DNA from: Conidiobolus incongruus B7586
Lineage: Eukaryota
Direction: 5' to 3'
Length of the DNA: 33,860 nucleotides
Assembly: GCA_000697335.1 (NCBI GenBank)
Contig: JNEM01011868.1
Location: 1 to 33,860 of the forward strand
The position numbers were made by a program, and so were the translations under genes. The notes below the pieces were generated by a model. It was given only the letters and a program-made list of their open reading frames with translations. It searched no databases and was not told the origin of the DNA. Position 1 is the stretch's first letter, and each line of letters opens with the position of its first letter. This document shows, piece by piece, positions 23,624-33,860 of this stretch.

Positions 23624-25189
23624 TCAGTCCCCTCTACCCAAATTATCTGTAAGCAGAGTAGTCAACATATAAAAACAGAGGTAAGGTTTAGAATTATACA
23701 CCTCTTCAGCATTGACTAGTTTAATATCCTGATCATTGAACAAGTACCATCGATTTCGATTCCAGCAGTAGTTGACATAGTGACCAGTATCCAATGATCC
23801 TCGATGATTGACCACTGCAAATAGTTGATAATGATATGGACTCAATCCAGGCGTGGATTTTTCATTCAAATAGGAATATTGCAGCAAATCGAGATACTTA
23901 GGTAGTATAATATCCGTGTCAATCTTAGAAGGTGTGGGGTATTGCGAGAATCGCTTAAATTGAATACATAGAACTTTGGGTAGTTTGGATAGTTTCATTT
24001 GTTTGGTTGCCTGTCTAGGCTTTTGACAGTTAGAACAATTGTAAGAGTCTGGAGGAAGTGGCTCTGGATGTGTGAATTTCATTAAGCAGTCATGTAAGGT
24101 ATATCCTTCAGTGTTGGTGGCATCTTCAATATGGAGAGATAGATCAAGGAATGGATCCGATGTAGACGTTGTAGAATTACAAGACTGACAAGTGACTTCA
24201 GAGCGTAATACCCCTGAGAAAGTTTGATGAATAATGCATTTGCATTCTAGTGAGTTAGAAGCGTGGTTCTCATCTTCCTCGTGTAATCGGTTGAGAACTG
24301 CCATTAGAAGTTCGTGAGCGTCGTGTTCGTGATACCCTGCCAAATGTTTGGAAGTAGACCAAAGCTTATGTAGGAATTTGGTTGGCGAGATAGGTGTGTA
24401 ATTGTCTGAGTAGTAATCGAGTATAAAATTTGTCAATTCACAACTCAAACATGTATTACCCTCCGTTGAGCCTTCACCATTACCGCCATCACTCCCAAAT
24501 TCATCCATTTCGTCGTGCATATGATCCAACTTTTCGTAGTAATCGACCAACAAACGATTATGAGCAAACGTTTGCAAAATCGAATTCAAAAAGCAAGTAC
24601 TACCCAAATTCCTGAGACCTCTAACTAATTTACACTTCATATGCGTCTTAATCAAATCCTTCTGAAAATAAAAACAGTTTAAAATCACTTCATTTTTGAC
24701 CAAATTAAAATTGGAATTCAAATACTGCAATTTCAACAAAAGCTTCGTAAATTTTATCAGATAGAACAGTGTATTATTTAAGATATAATTCTCACAAAGG
24801 TTACAATATATCAAATTCAAATTAAAATTATAACTGAAAGCGTGTTGTGTCTGTTTCAAATGCTGCGTCATGTGGGAGTTATTGAAATGTTGGTCGCAGC
24901 CCATATAAAAGCATTGAATACAGGTACTTAACCACTGATTGTTGTTTTGGCATTCTTCACATTTCGCAATGGGTAGTGATTGATACAGACTTATCAAATC
25001 GTTAGTCATTTCTTCCTCATTGTGACTCCCTGAGTTTCTACTGGTGCACTCTTCATTCAGATTATTGAGCCAAATGGGTATCTGTTCAATGAGGAAACTA
25101 TACTGAATACAATTAATTAATTTGAGTTTAAATTTATCAAATTCTTTATCTGGTAAAGTGGTTAAATGTTGACAATTACTTGAAATCAT
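23624..25189 (-). CDS. UBP8: SAGA deubiquitinase Ubp8/USP22-like (ZnF-UBP + USP domain), intronless; the ORF extends to 25297 but Met at 25189 is preferred
   Basis: N-terminal CQHL; ZnF cysteines/histidines (CEEC, CIQC, HMTQH, YCNLCENY); Cys box GLRNLGSTCFLNSILQ; HDAHE; CIIHQTFSGVLRSEVTC; His box VVNHRGSLDTGHY; WYLFND. Confidence 0.88.
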   Translation of the reverse strand: MISSNCQHLTTLPDKEFDKFKLKLINCIQYSFLIEQIPIWLNNLNEECTSRNSGSHNEEEMTNDLISLYQSLPIAKCEECQNNNQWLSTCIQCFYMGCDQHFNNSHMTQHLKQTQHAFSYNFNLNLIYCNLCENYILNNTLFYLIKFTKLLLKLQYLNSNFNLVKNEVILNCFYFQKDLIKTHMKCKLVRGLRNLGSTCFLNSILQTFAHNRLLVDYYEKLDHMHDEMDEFGSDGGNGEGSTEGNTCLSCELTNFILDYYSDNYTPISPTKFLHKLWSTSKHLAGYHEHDAHELLMAVLNRLHEEDENHASNSLECKCIIHQTFSGVLRSEVTCQSCNSTTSTSDPFLDLSLHIEDATNTEGYTLHDCLMKFTHPEPLPPDSYNCSNCQKPRQATKQMKLSKLPKVLCIQFKRFSQYPTPSKIDTDIILPKYLDLLQYSYLNEKSTPGLSPYHYQLFAVVNHRGSLDTGHYVNYCWNRNRWYLFNDQDIKLVNAEEVYNSKPYLCFYMLTTLLTDNLGRGD

Positions 25190-25463
25190 TTTGAAGATGA
25201 ATTTATATATGTGACTGGATTCTAATTTATTATATTTGACACTAGAAATCTGATTTGGAATATTATGGGACTGAAAATTGGAATTGAGTTTGGACATTTG
25301 AGTGGCATATATTGAATGTGAAAAAGATATCTACAATACTAGAGTAACATTATGTTGGAACATTACTTAGTGGAGCTTGAGATTATGCCATTATAAAGGA
25401 ACAAATATTCCAAATGGTTATTGGGTATTTGAATATGTGTTGCATAAATAACTATATATTTAT

Positions 25464-27112
25464 TTATTCATTACTTGTGGAGTAATCCGATTCCTCCTCA
25501 GAAGTGTCTTCATTGCCAAAGGATTTTTGTAATGCCCTCTGGTTCCAGTTCAAGCATCGATTCAAGGAATTGAACCATTCGGATCCAGCTGAACTGCCCT
25601 TGCAGACTGTTGGGAATGGGTAAGATGAGGTTTGGATTCGAATGTAGTCACCTCGTTTTAATTCGATACTTCCTCTACCATCAAAGCTACCCCATGCTGT
25701 GCCTCTAGCAGTAAATGGCACACATAGATGAAGTACGGAAGTATCCGGTAATAGCATAGGACGGAATGATAATGTGTGTGGACAGTTTGGTGTGATTAAA
25801 AGAGCAGGAATTTCAGGATGAACAAGAGATCCTCCTGCAGAGAGAGAATAAGCAGTAGATCCTGTAGGTGTAGCAACCGTCAATCCATCAGCTTGAACAG
25901 TTGTTAGCATTTCCCCATTGGCATATAATTCAATTAGGGACATGAAAGGACTTGGGCCACGATCAACCACTAATTCGTTCAATACTTCAAAACTTTCTCC
26001 TTTTGTAAATAATGCAGAATCAGGAATATTGATATTCAAACCAGATTCGTCATCTTCCTGATCTTCAAATTCTTGTAATAAAATTCTTGAATGGTTGATC
26101 TTATGGTTTTTCTTCCATTTACGACTACTTTTGTTGGAAAAGGGCTGCAGTAAGGATTCTGAGGATTTAGGCTGTGTAGATTCTATTAAGTCATTAAGAG
26201 TACCATTTAATTTTGATGAATGATGATTTGGGTGATTGTATCTAAATACGGTACATGTAAGTCGCATCCTCAAGTTCACCTTAACACCATCCCTAAAGCA
26301 GTTATTTAAAGTCTGTTGGTATTCAGGGAATGGAAAACTAGATAAAAACCCGAGAGACCCAAGATGAAAGGGAATGACTGGGGGGACCATATTTTGAAAA
26401 AGCCAACTGGTGTACAAAACAGTACCATCACCGCCTAGTGTCAAGACCAAATCAAATTGATCTGCCGAGAATTGGCACATTTCGGGTGAAAACGTTTGCA
26501 AGGTATTTTTAGTGTCATTTCGGGAAATTCTAACCTGTATTTCATTATAATCAAAATGTCTGTTTGTTGTCAAATGGGGATCAATAAATCTACAGCATTA
26601 AATTAGTGATTTATACGATCCATTGTCAATATTATTAATACTTACATATCCAAAGAATTCGTGTCTTCTGAGCTGGAAGATGACGTATCCGTGTCAGCTT
26701 CCGAAGATTTTAGCGAGTAACTCGGTATTTGAATTTCTTCCAAGAGCCAGATCACCAACTCTCTTGCCTTTTTAGCAACTTTGGAATCTCCTGGTTTTGT
26801 GACAATAAGAATACGTTTGGGGGAAGTCCACCTTATTTTACGTCTGCCCAAACTTCTACATATTTTCCTAACAGCGACAGCAGCTTGTACCAAATTGGGA
26901 TGAGATGTATATTGGCGTTGTGGTGGATGTCCTAATGAATTTAAAAGGTTTTGATGTATCGACTTTGGACTAGGTTCTGGGAAATCATCTGAAGAAACTG
27001 TCGAGCTCTGAAAAGAGTAAATACCGTTAGATTTTTCATTATAGCCGTTCGTCTGAGTTGTGCTAATATTCATCTGGCTAAATTTATTTTTTATAGGGAT
27101 AGGATTGGTCAT
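25464..27112 (-). CDS. NAD(H) kinase (Utr1/Yef1-like), 2 exons
   Basis: ILIVTKP, LGGDGT, PFHLGSLGFL, VLNELVVDRG, QADGLTVATPTGSTAYSLSAGGSLVHP and CPHTLSFRP. Intron 26590-26645 joins the two ORFs in frame. Confidence 0.95.
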
Positions 27113-27344
27113 AGATAAAAATAATATACAATTAAAGAGAAAGAAAAGGCGTTAAATTAAGAGGATAAAAAATGCCAAAAAATATCCAATATGATAGAAC
27201 AAATTTAAATCTGTTATAAATCAATCAAGGAAGCAAACTGTTATTTATAACTATTGAAAAAAGTATAGATACGGTGATGAAACTGGTTTCAATTTTTAGA
27301 GAATATATTTAATTTCAATCTCATTGCCAAAATAATCATTAATA

Positions 27345-27378
27345 ATTGGCCCCTACTCTCGATTCCAATCTTGCCAAT
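27345..27378. promoter_or_regulatory. Cluster of three CCAAT boxes upstream of the NAD kinase gene
   Basis: ATTGG at 27345-27349, CCAAT at 27365-27369 and CCAAT at 27374-27378, in a locally GC-richer patch ~230-265 nt upstream of the ATG. Motif match only. Confidence 0.35.
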
Positions 27379-28445
27379 CCGATAATTATTCCATAGCCTA
27401 TATTTAAATTGGATTTTTAATGAAATTTCCATTTATTGAATTTGATTTGCTCAAATTTCCTTTTTCCAATTTATCAGGAATTGATACTTTCGGGAATTGA
27501 TTACTAAGAAATCAAAACTTAAATTAATTTAAATATTTGCAATTTTTAAAAATATTTTAAAATATTTAAATGAGAATGATATCATACTATTATTATATTA
27601 AAACCATCAAGGAATTAGGAAATGCTGGCATGATTTATAATAAACGAAATGGAAAGTTAGATCATTTTTATAGAATCAAATGACTAATATTATGACTCTA
27701 GTATATTTATCATTAATTAAAACTAGCTCATTTTTTAAATTCAGGATTAAAGGTCTATTTGGAAAATACTGTTGTCATTTATATTCATCATGCTATTATA
27801 ATTTAACAATATAGAATTATTTGTATTTGACTTAATAGTTGTAATTCAATACATCATCAATCTTACAAATTTGATCAAATATATTTTGTACAATGTTTGT
27901 TTTGAAATATCTGATAAATTGAATGAATGTTCAACTATTTAAACTTGATAAAATACTAATATGATTAAGTATCTACTTACATTCAAGTCATTATTAGTAT
28001 TCGGAATTTGATCTTGCGATTGTCAAAATTAATCTAACAACTCAAATTGCAAGTGATGTCAACTTTTACTAGATTAGTATAGATTTCAAAATTAATAACT
28101 ATACACAGTAAATTGATGGTTTTATATATCTATACTGTCAATATAGCAATTGCAAAAACAAGGTATATTTTTAATTATAGAATATTTTGGCTAGCAATGA
28201 TTTGAAATGTTTTTAATGGTAAAAATCAATTTCAAATACCCAGTAGAAATTGAATTTAAAAGATATATCAAATCAAATATATATTAAAATTGAGTTCTTA
28301 TGATTAACGAAATCAAAATGCTATGTAATATACTTAAACAATTGATTCATAGTTGAAAGTATAAATGATATGATCTAATAAATTTTAATCATTCAAATGT
28401 TATCAAGATTTAAAAGCTTAACTATTAAATAATTGATATAGTATT

Positions 28446-29719
28446 TATTACTATCAATTAAATAATGAGAGTTTTTTGAGATTGAAAATAAATAAACAAT
28501 TTAATAAATACTTTACAAAAATAAATAAGAAACATAAAATCAATACTCACTTTTGATATTATTATTAATTTTTGCAATGTTTTTAGCAAACTTTTAACAC
28601 TTAAAAAACAACTTTTGTTATCAAAGGTTAAAATTTAATGTTTTATAATCCAATTAAAATTATTTGTAAATTTTTTCTTTAAGCTGATTTTTCAATTGCC
28701 TAAAGCAATTATACTTATATTTGTTATAATTTAAATAAAATATTAAATATGGTAGCTTTTTCAAATTATTTTTAATTAGAAAATTTTTTATAACTTTAGT
28801 TTTATTTATTTTACAATTATGATGAAAATTAATAAGTGTTTTTAATTTATATTGAAAACACTAATTAAAAATAACTTTATTTAAAAATCAATATAAAACT
28901 TATTAAATAATTTTCTTTTAAGAATAATAATAGGAATAGTATTTGTTATTATAATCTATTATAATATTTAATATTTGTTTATAAATATACTATTGATTTA
29001 TTAAACTTATATTGGTTTTTTAAATTAATAATTTAATATATTTTTTAACTAAAAATTAAATAAAATAGTTTTTAATTTATAAATTATAATAATTTATTAA
29101 GTTTTAATTTTTAGTTATATTTAATAAGTATTATTTTAATTATAATTACTTGATCTTTTTTAAATTTTTAATTAAATATTATGTTATTTTATATTCTATT
29201 AATTAATATAAATTTAAATTAGTTTCAATATATATAATATACTAAAATAATTAATATTAAGATGTTTTAATAACTTTTTTACTAAAATAAAAAGATTTTT
29301 TGAATATATTTTTCTATACTATTAATAATTTAAATAATAATAATTAAAATTAATTTTTTTAGATTTTGATAAATTTAAAATATTTTTTCTTTTAACTTTA
29401 AAGTAATTTACCTAATAATAAATAAATAATTAATTTGAAAAAAATATTATCCTGAAAAGTTAATTGTAAATTTTAAATAATTTTAAAATATTTATAGTAA
29501 TATATTACTTATACTGAAATATAAGACTTTTAATAATTATGATTTAGTTTAAGAAAGACTGAATTAAACAGTAAGTGTTCATAAATTAATTTTTTAATAA
29601 TAAAAAGATTATACACACATACATATATATATATATATGTTTTTTTTATCTGAAATTAACAATATATTTGAAAGATCATAAATTAAAAAATTTGCCATTT
29701 CTTTGATTCTAAAGTAATA
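28446..29719 (-). mobile_element. Decayed mariner transposon, copy 3; full length (~1274 bp) and more diverged
   Basis: Ends are TATTACTATCAATTAAATAATGAGAGTTTTTT and AAAAAATTTGCCATTTCTTTGATTCTAAAGTAATA (imperfect ~30 bp TIR). Colinear with copy 1. The minus strand reads FHHNCKINKTKVIKNFLIKNNLKKLPY...NCFRQLKNQL. Confidence 0.82.
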
Positions 29720-29973
29720 TTATAGTTTTTCAATGTTATTTCATTTAATCAAGTGAGTAAAGCTGAATGAAAAAGATTAACATAATTGGTAAATTTAATC
29801 TAGTCAAATTTATAACCTAGAATTTTTTTTTGATTTATAAAATAAATTTTGTTATAAAAAACTTGACTAATATGATTGAATGTCCCATAATTTTGTTTTA
29901 TGATATAACATTATATATTTAAACCAATTAACAGTAACTAAAGAAATTTAAAATATAGGAAAAATCAAGAAAT

Positions 29974-30440
29974 ATGGATTATTTGGGATATATTTATGCT
30001 ACTTTACTAAGTGTTGGTGGTATTGTCGGTTATGTTAAAGCTGGTATATTCAATATGCTAGTTCTTGGTAATTTTATTAAGATTCAATTTAGGCAGCATT
30101 CCTTCATTAGTAGCCGGTGTTGGTTTTGGTGCTGCTGTAGGTTATGCAGCTTCTAAAGTATCTCAAAATTCAAAGGATTCTTTACTCGCTTTAGGTAACA
30201 AACATATCATTTTTAAGCCAAGGCTCATATTTATCAATCCGACTAGTTCTATCTATTGTATTGTTAATTGTTATGGGAGTTAGATACATCAGAACTCAAA
30301 AATTCATGCCTCCAGGTTTATTAAGTATTCTCAGGTAAGACCCTTAATTTCAATATTTGATATTTGATTTGATTTGATTTCAATGACTCCTATATAGTTT
30401 ATTTATGTCAATTCATTATGCTAAATTATTCCTTCAATAA
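29974..30440 (+). CDS. TMEM14 (UPF0136) family small membrane protein, 4 exons
   Basis: MDYLGYIYATLLSVGGIVGYVKA|GSIPSLVAGVGFG...MGVRYIRTQKFMPPGLLSILS|LFMSIHYAKLFLQ*. GGxxGY, GSxxSLxAG and KFMPxG are TMEM14 signatures. Confidence 0.9.
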
Positions 30441-30489
30441 TCCTCAAACTTGACTATTTGAATTGATCATTTGCTTAACCTTTCAATAA

Positions 30490-31950
30490 ATTATTTTTCA
30501 TCAAAATCAACTGTAAAACTCCATTTTGTATACTATTTGGCTTCAACTTGATTGCTAATCACCATAAATTACTAAATTAAAATTTTACAAGAGCTTCAAA
30601 ACTGAAATATTCGCATCGCATAATTAAATCATTACTTGAATCAAGCCACCAATCCATCCTTATCAAATTATTATATTCTCAATTTCGAAAAATATTGTTT
30701 TTACACAAAAAATACCCTTTAAAGTAAGTCCTTCCGTAAAATTCCTATCCATTCAATTTATATTTAACAGTTTATAGTTTTTTCAGCTTTTAATTTTCAT
30801 AATTGACATCATTATGCCCGATTTATTTTCTTTAACTATTAAATCTCTTCTTTTAAATTCCGACACTATCCTAATACCAGATTTTATACGTGAACTTCAT
30901 TGATTTATAAATTCATTAGAAAATTTACCAGAAACAAAAAATTGTAATCGATGGATAAAAAATTGTTGATTCAACATTTCAGGGTTAGATGAGTTCATCT
31001 TTGGAATGATCATTTGATCTTGAGAATTCCAATTAAGCGAATGACATTTATACCCGAATGTTATTAACACAAGTGTTTATCAAGCTAATAGAAATACATT
31101 ACTGTAGATAATGATATTATAATAAAAGATATAATTGACATGATCGGATTTGTAGGCACCTTTTGAGAGTGATATATAAAAATAAACTAACTAATGCTGT
31201 AGGCTATGAAATAGCTAAGATATGTGAATATAGCAATGGAAGTGCAACATCATCATTATAGCTGTTGGTGTATGCAGCAACCTGAAGGAACAAGCATCAT
31301 AGCAAGCTGAAACATTGGACTATTTTCAAGTTCATAGTAAGACCTTATAAATTACCAAAATATTGGTGTTGCTACTGGAACAAATAATATCATAGGATTA
31401 AAATATATATTACAGAGATTTTAACTCTTTCCTGATCAATCCTCTAGCTCATGGAACAAATTCCACAGCCTTAGTAGAAGCAAAGGAACAGTACTCCCAA
31501 CAATGTAGTTTAAACCATTTTTGATGGACTCAAATAACAAATATATTGTTAAAAAAATACAGACTTTAAATCAATAACTATGATTACCAATTTAGCAGCA
31601 TGAATTCCAATTAATGCAAGCGGCAAAAATGCTTAAGTCTTGTAAAATTGATCCATTCTCTAATTTGATATTTTAGTCGTGTTTGACTGTGATGCCAAGA
31701 GAGGATGATTTTTACATATTTGTTCAATTGAAATAGTTTGATGCCATAACTCTATCTCTCCAAATTCGTGAATGCAGAGTACACTATAAGATAAGAGACA
31801 CCTCTCACATCCATTGCTCTGGGAGGGTTATTTTCCCTTCATTTCAACCAATTTGAATTGGCATCAAAAGCGTGTACATGAATCACATCATTTGGAACGC
31901 TATTCATATTACAGAAACCAATATTTGCTTTGGCAGAATTGACCAAATAT
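30490..31950 (-). pseudogene. Probable disrupted ferric reductase/NOX-like membrane protein gene; boundaries approximate
   Basis: GC content is higher than in the flanks and there is no long ORF. Minus-strand fragments GIHAAKL, ILFVPVATPIFW, RSYYEL (31328-31345), LYSHILAI (31210-31233) and YFY*LDKHL resemble the FRE pattern RxxYExFxxxH...lDRxxR. Many stops and frameshifts. Confidence 0.35.
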
Positions 31951-32300
31951 TTAAAATAATTTAAAAATAGAATCATTAAATAACTTAATTCTGGTGAAAA
32001 CAGTGTAACAAATATACATATAAGTGTATTAGGTTAGGATTGGATTAAAGCATAAATAGATATAAAGTTGGATAATTTAATATATAGCATCACAGGTATA
32101 AAGAATTTACATTTATTTTGAATAAATTTAAATAATATTGTAATTGGTATTAAACAATAAAAATATAAAATTATCAATATCTTCTAAATATACCATCAGA
32201 AATATAATGGTTATTAGCTAAGCAAACTCCACCAAAAGCTATAGATGCATAGGTGAAAATGATTGAAATCACTTATTCAATATATTTCAATTAATAAATT

Positions 32301-33481
32301 TATTACTATAGAATTGAAAAAATGAGAAATTTTTCAATTTCTGATTTTTCAAATATATTATTAGTAACAAATAAAAGAATATATACAAAATAAACAAAAA
32401 AATAATTAGTTTTAAATTATATATATATATTAGTTTTTTGATTAAAAATTTAACTTTTACAAGTAATTTTTTAGTAATAATATATTATTTAACTTTTTAT
32501 CACTAGGTAAATTATTTTTAAGCTAATAAAATAATATTTAAAACTTGTTAAAATTTAAAAAACTAATTTCAACTATTATTTTTTTAATTATTAATCAAGT
32601 TAAAAATATATTAGAAAGTACCTTTTTATTTCAGTTAGAGAATTATTAAGATATTTTAATATTAGTTATATGATTATTATATTTATATTAAAGTTTATAC
32701 TTAAATTAATAAATAAAAATATAAAATAAGTACCATATAATTTAACTAAAGCTTAAAAGAAATTAAAGTAGTTATTATTAAATAAAACTTACTAAAATAT
32801 TACTAGAAGCTTAAACTTTTATAATGAATAATTAAAATTAATGAATCTTAAATCTTTATGTATAATCTTTTATTAAAACATAAATTAAAATATTAGATTA
32901 AATTAACCTTCTTTATAAATCCCTTTAAATAAATATTTTATTAATAAATGAATATTAATTATTATAATAGATTATAATAATATATGCTATTTTTGTTTAG
33001 TTTTTAAAGGAAAATTAATAATAAACTTTATATTGTTTTTTAAATAAAAGTATTTTTAATTAATATTCTTAATATAATTTGAGTAAACTTATTATTTTAT
33101 ATAATGATTGTAAAATACATAAATTTAAAGCTATAAAAAACTTTTTAATTAAAAATAACTAGAAAAAGCTACTATATCTAGTATACTCTTTAGATTATAA
33201 CTTATGTAATTATAATTACTTTAGATAATTAAAAACTAGCTTGTATAAAAGAAAATTTCTATAAGAAAATTTAATTGGTTTGTGAAATATTAAATTTTAA
33301 TCTTTAATCAAAAAAATTATTTTTTAAGTGTTAAATCTTAGTTAAAAATATAGTAAAAAGTTATTAATAATAAAAAAAATATTAAATTTATATTATATAT
33401 TTATTTTTATATATTATATATTAAAATATTTATTTATTTTAAATTGCAAAAAATTCCTATTATTAAAAATATATAGTAATA
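32301..33481 (+). mobile_element. Decayed mariner transposon, copy 2; both ends present, ~90 bp shorter through internal deletion
   Basis: Perfect terminal 10-mers TATTACTATA (32301-32310) and TATAGTAATA (33472-33481); the outer TA is a plausible TSD. Relic motifs: K*VPYNLTKA* (WVPHEL, ~32724-32756), IIKINES*IFMYN (first Asp, ~32828-32866), and IILYNDCKIHK...N*KKLLYLVYSLDYNLCNYNYFR*LK (33091-33234). Confidence 0.9.
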
Positions 33482-33860
33482 TTAAAGTGTTTTGATAATT
33501 TTTTAGTTGAAATAAAAAGGTGTTTTTTAATAAAATTTTTTATTTTATTAATAATTAAAAAAGTAACAGTTGAAATTAGTTTTTTAGATTTTAGTAGGTT
33601 TTGGGTAATTTTTTTATACTCTTAAAGTAATTTACCTAGCAATAAATTGTTAATTTAGATAATATTTTATTATTAAAAGCTGTTTGTAAATTTTAAATGA
33701 TTTTAAAAGGTTTGTGGTTAAGTTTTACTAATACTAAAATAAAAAACTTTTAATAATTATTATTTTGTTTAAGTATAATTAAATTAAACAACTAATTTAA
33801 AAAAAATTATTATATATATATATATATAATTCAAAACTATTTATTTTTTTATTTGTATTG
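33482..33860 (-). mobile_element. Mariner fragment, copy 4 (N-terminal/HTH part); abuts copy 2 and runs off the window
   Basis: Matches copy 1 from ~818 onward, including the internal (TA)n tract. The minus strand of ~33620-33700 reads I*NLQTAFNNKILSKLTIYC*VNYFKS, resembling the mariner HTH LxxAFGDExLSxSTVxRWxxxFKSG. Confidence 0.82.

Noticed and set aside
25190..25297. 36-aa N-terminal extension of the Ubp8 ORF
   Set aside because: Homologs begin near the CxH motif, and the segment contains the TCCCATAAT upstream motif, so Met 25189 is the more likely start.
12241..27112. Possible functional cluster (sirtuin + NAD kinase; NTO1 + UBP8 chromatin factors)
   Set aside because: The genes are interspersed with unrelated housekeeping genes and show no cluster-specific arrangement, so chance adjacency is sufficient.
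32301..32310. TACTATAG terminus as a mutated CACTA/Transib end
   Set aside because: The internal WVPHEL/DD34D/YSPD relics, ~1.3 kb length and terminal TA identify the element as mariner.
1..33860. CRISPR arrays, rRNA or prokaryotic/phage systems
   Set aside because: No regularly spaced repeats, rRNA-like sequence or operon-like intronless clusters were seen; the content is spliceosomal-intron-rich fungal DNA.

Overview
AT-rich eukaryotic DNA with short (~50-60 nt) GT-AG introns. The gene set points to a fungus, probably an early-diverging (Zoopagomycota/Conidiobolus-like) lineage; the taxon is inference only. It holds 14 protein-coding genes: RNA14/CstF-77, TMEM42-like, UBC1, CHS4/SKT5, GPN2, SIRT4-type sirtuin, expansin-like, sepiapterin reductase-like SDR, NTO1/BRPF, UMP-CMP kinase, CK2 beta, UBP8, NAD kinase and TMEM14. 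There is also an aberrant tRNA-Glu(CTC)-like gene and a probable ferric-reductase pseudogene. The apparently featureless AT blocks at 1-1277, 28446-29719, 32301-33481 and 33482-33860 are four copies of one ~1.27 kb DD34D mariner transposon, almost erased by C>T/G>A hypermutation (RIP-like). Other highlights are a UMP-CMP kinase with a spliced-on CCNIL lipidation tail, an oriented WCCCAYAAT motif upstream of 8 of 14 genes, and a uniquely long RNA14 intron with poly(A)/poison-exon signals. All calls were made by eye; no searches were run.
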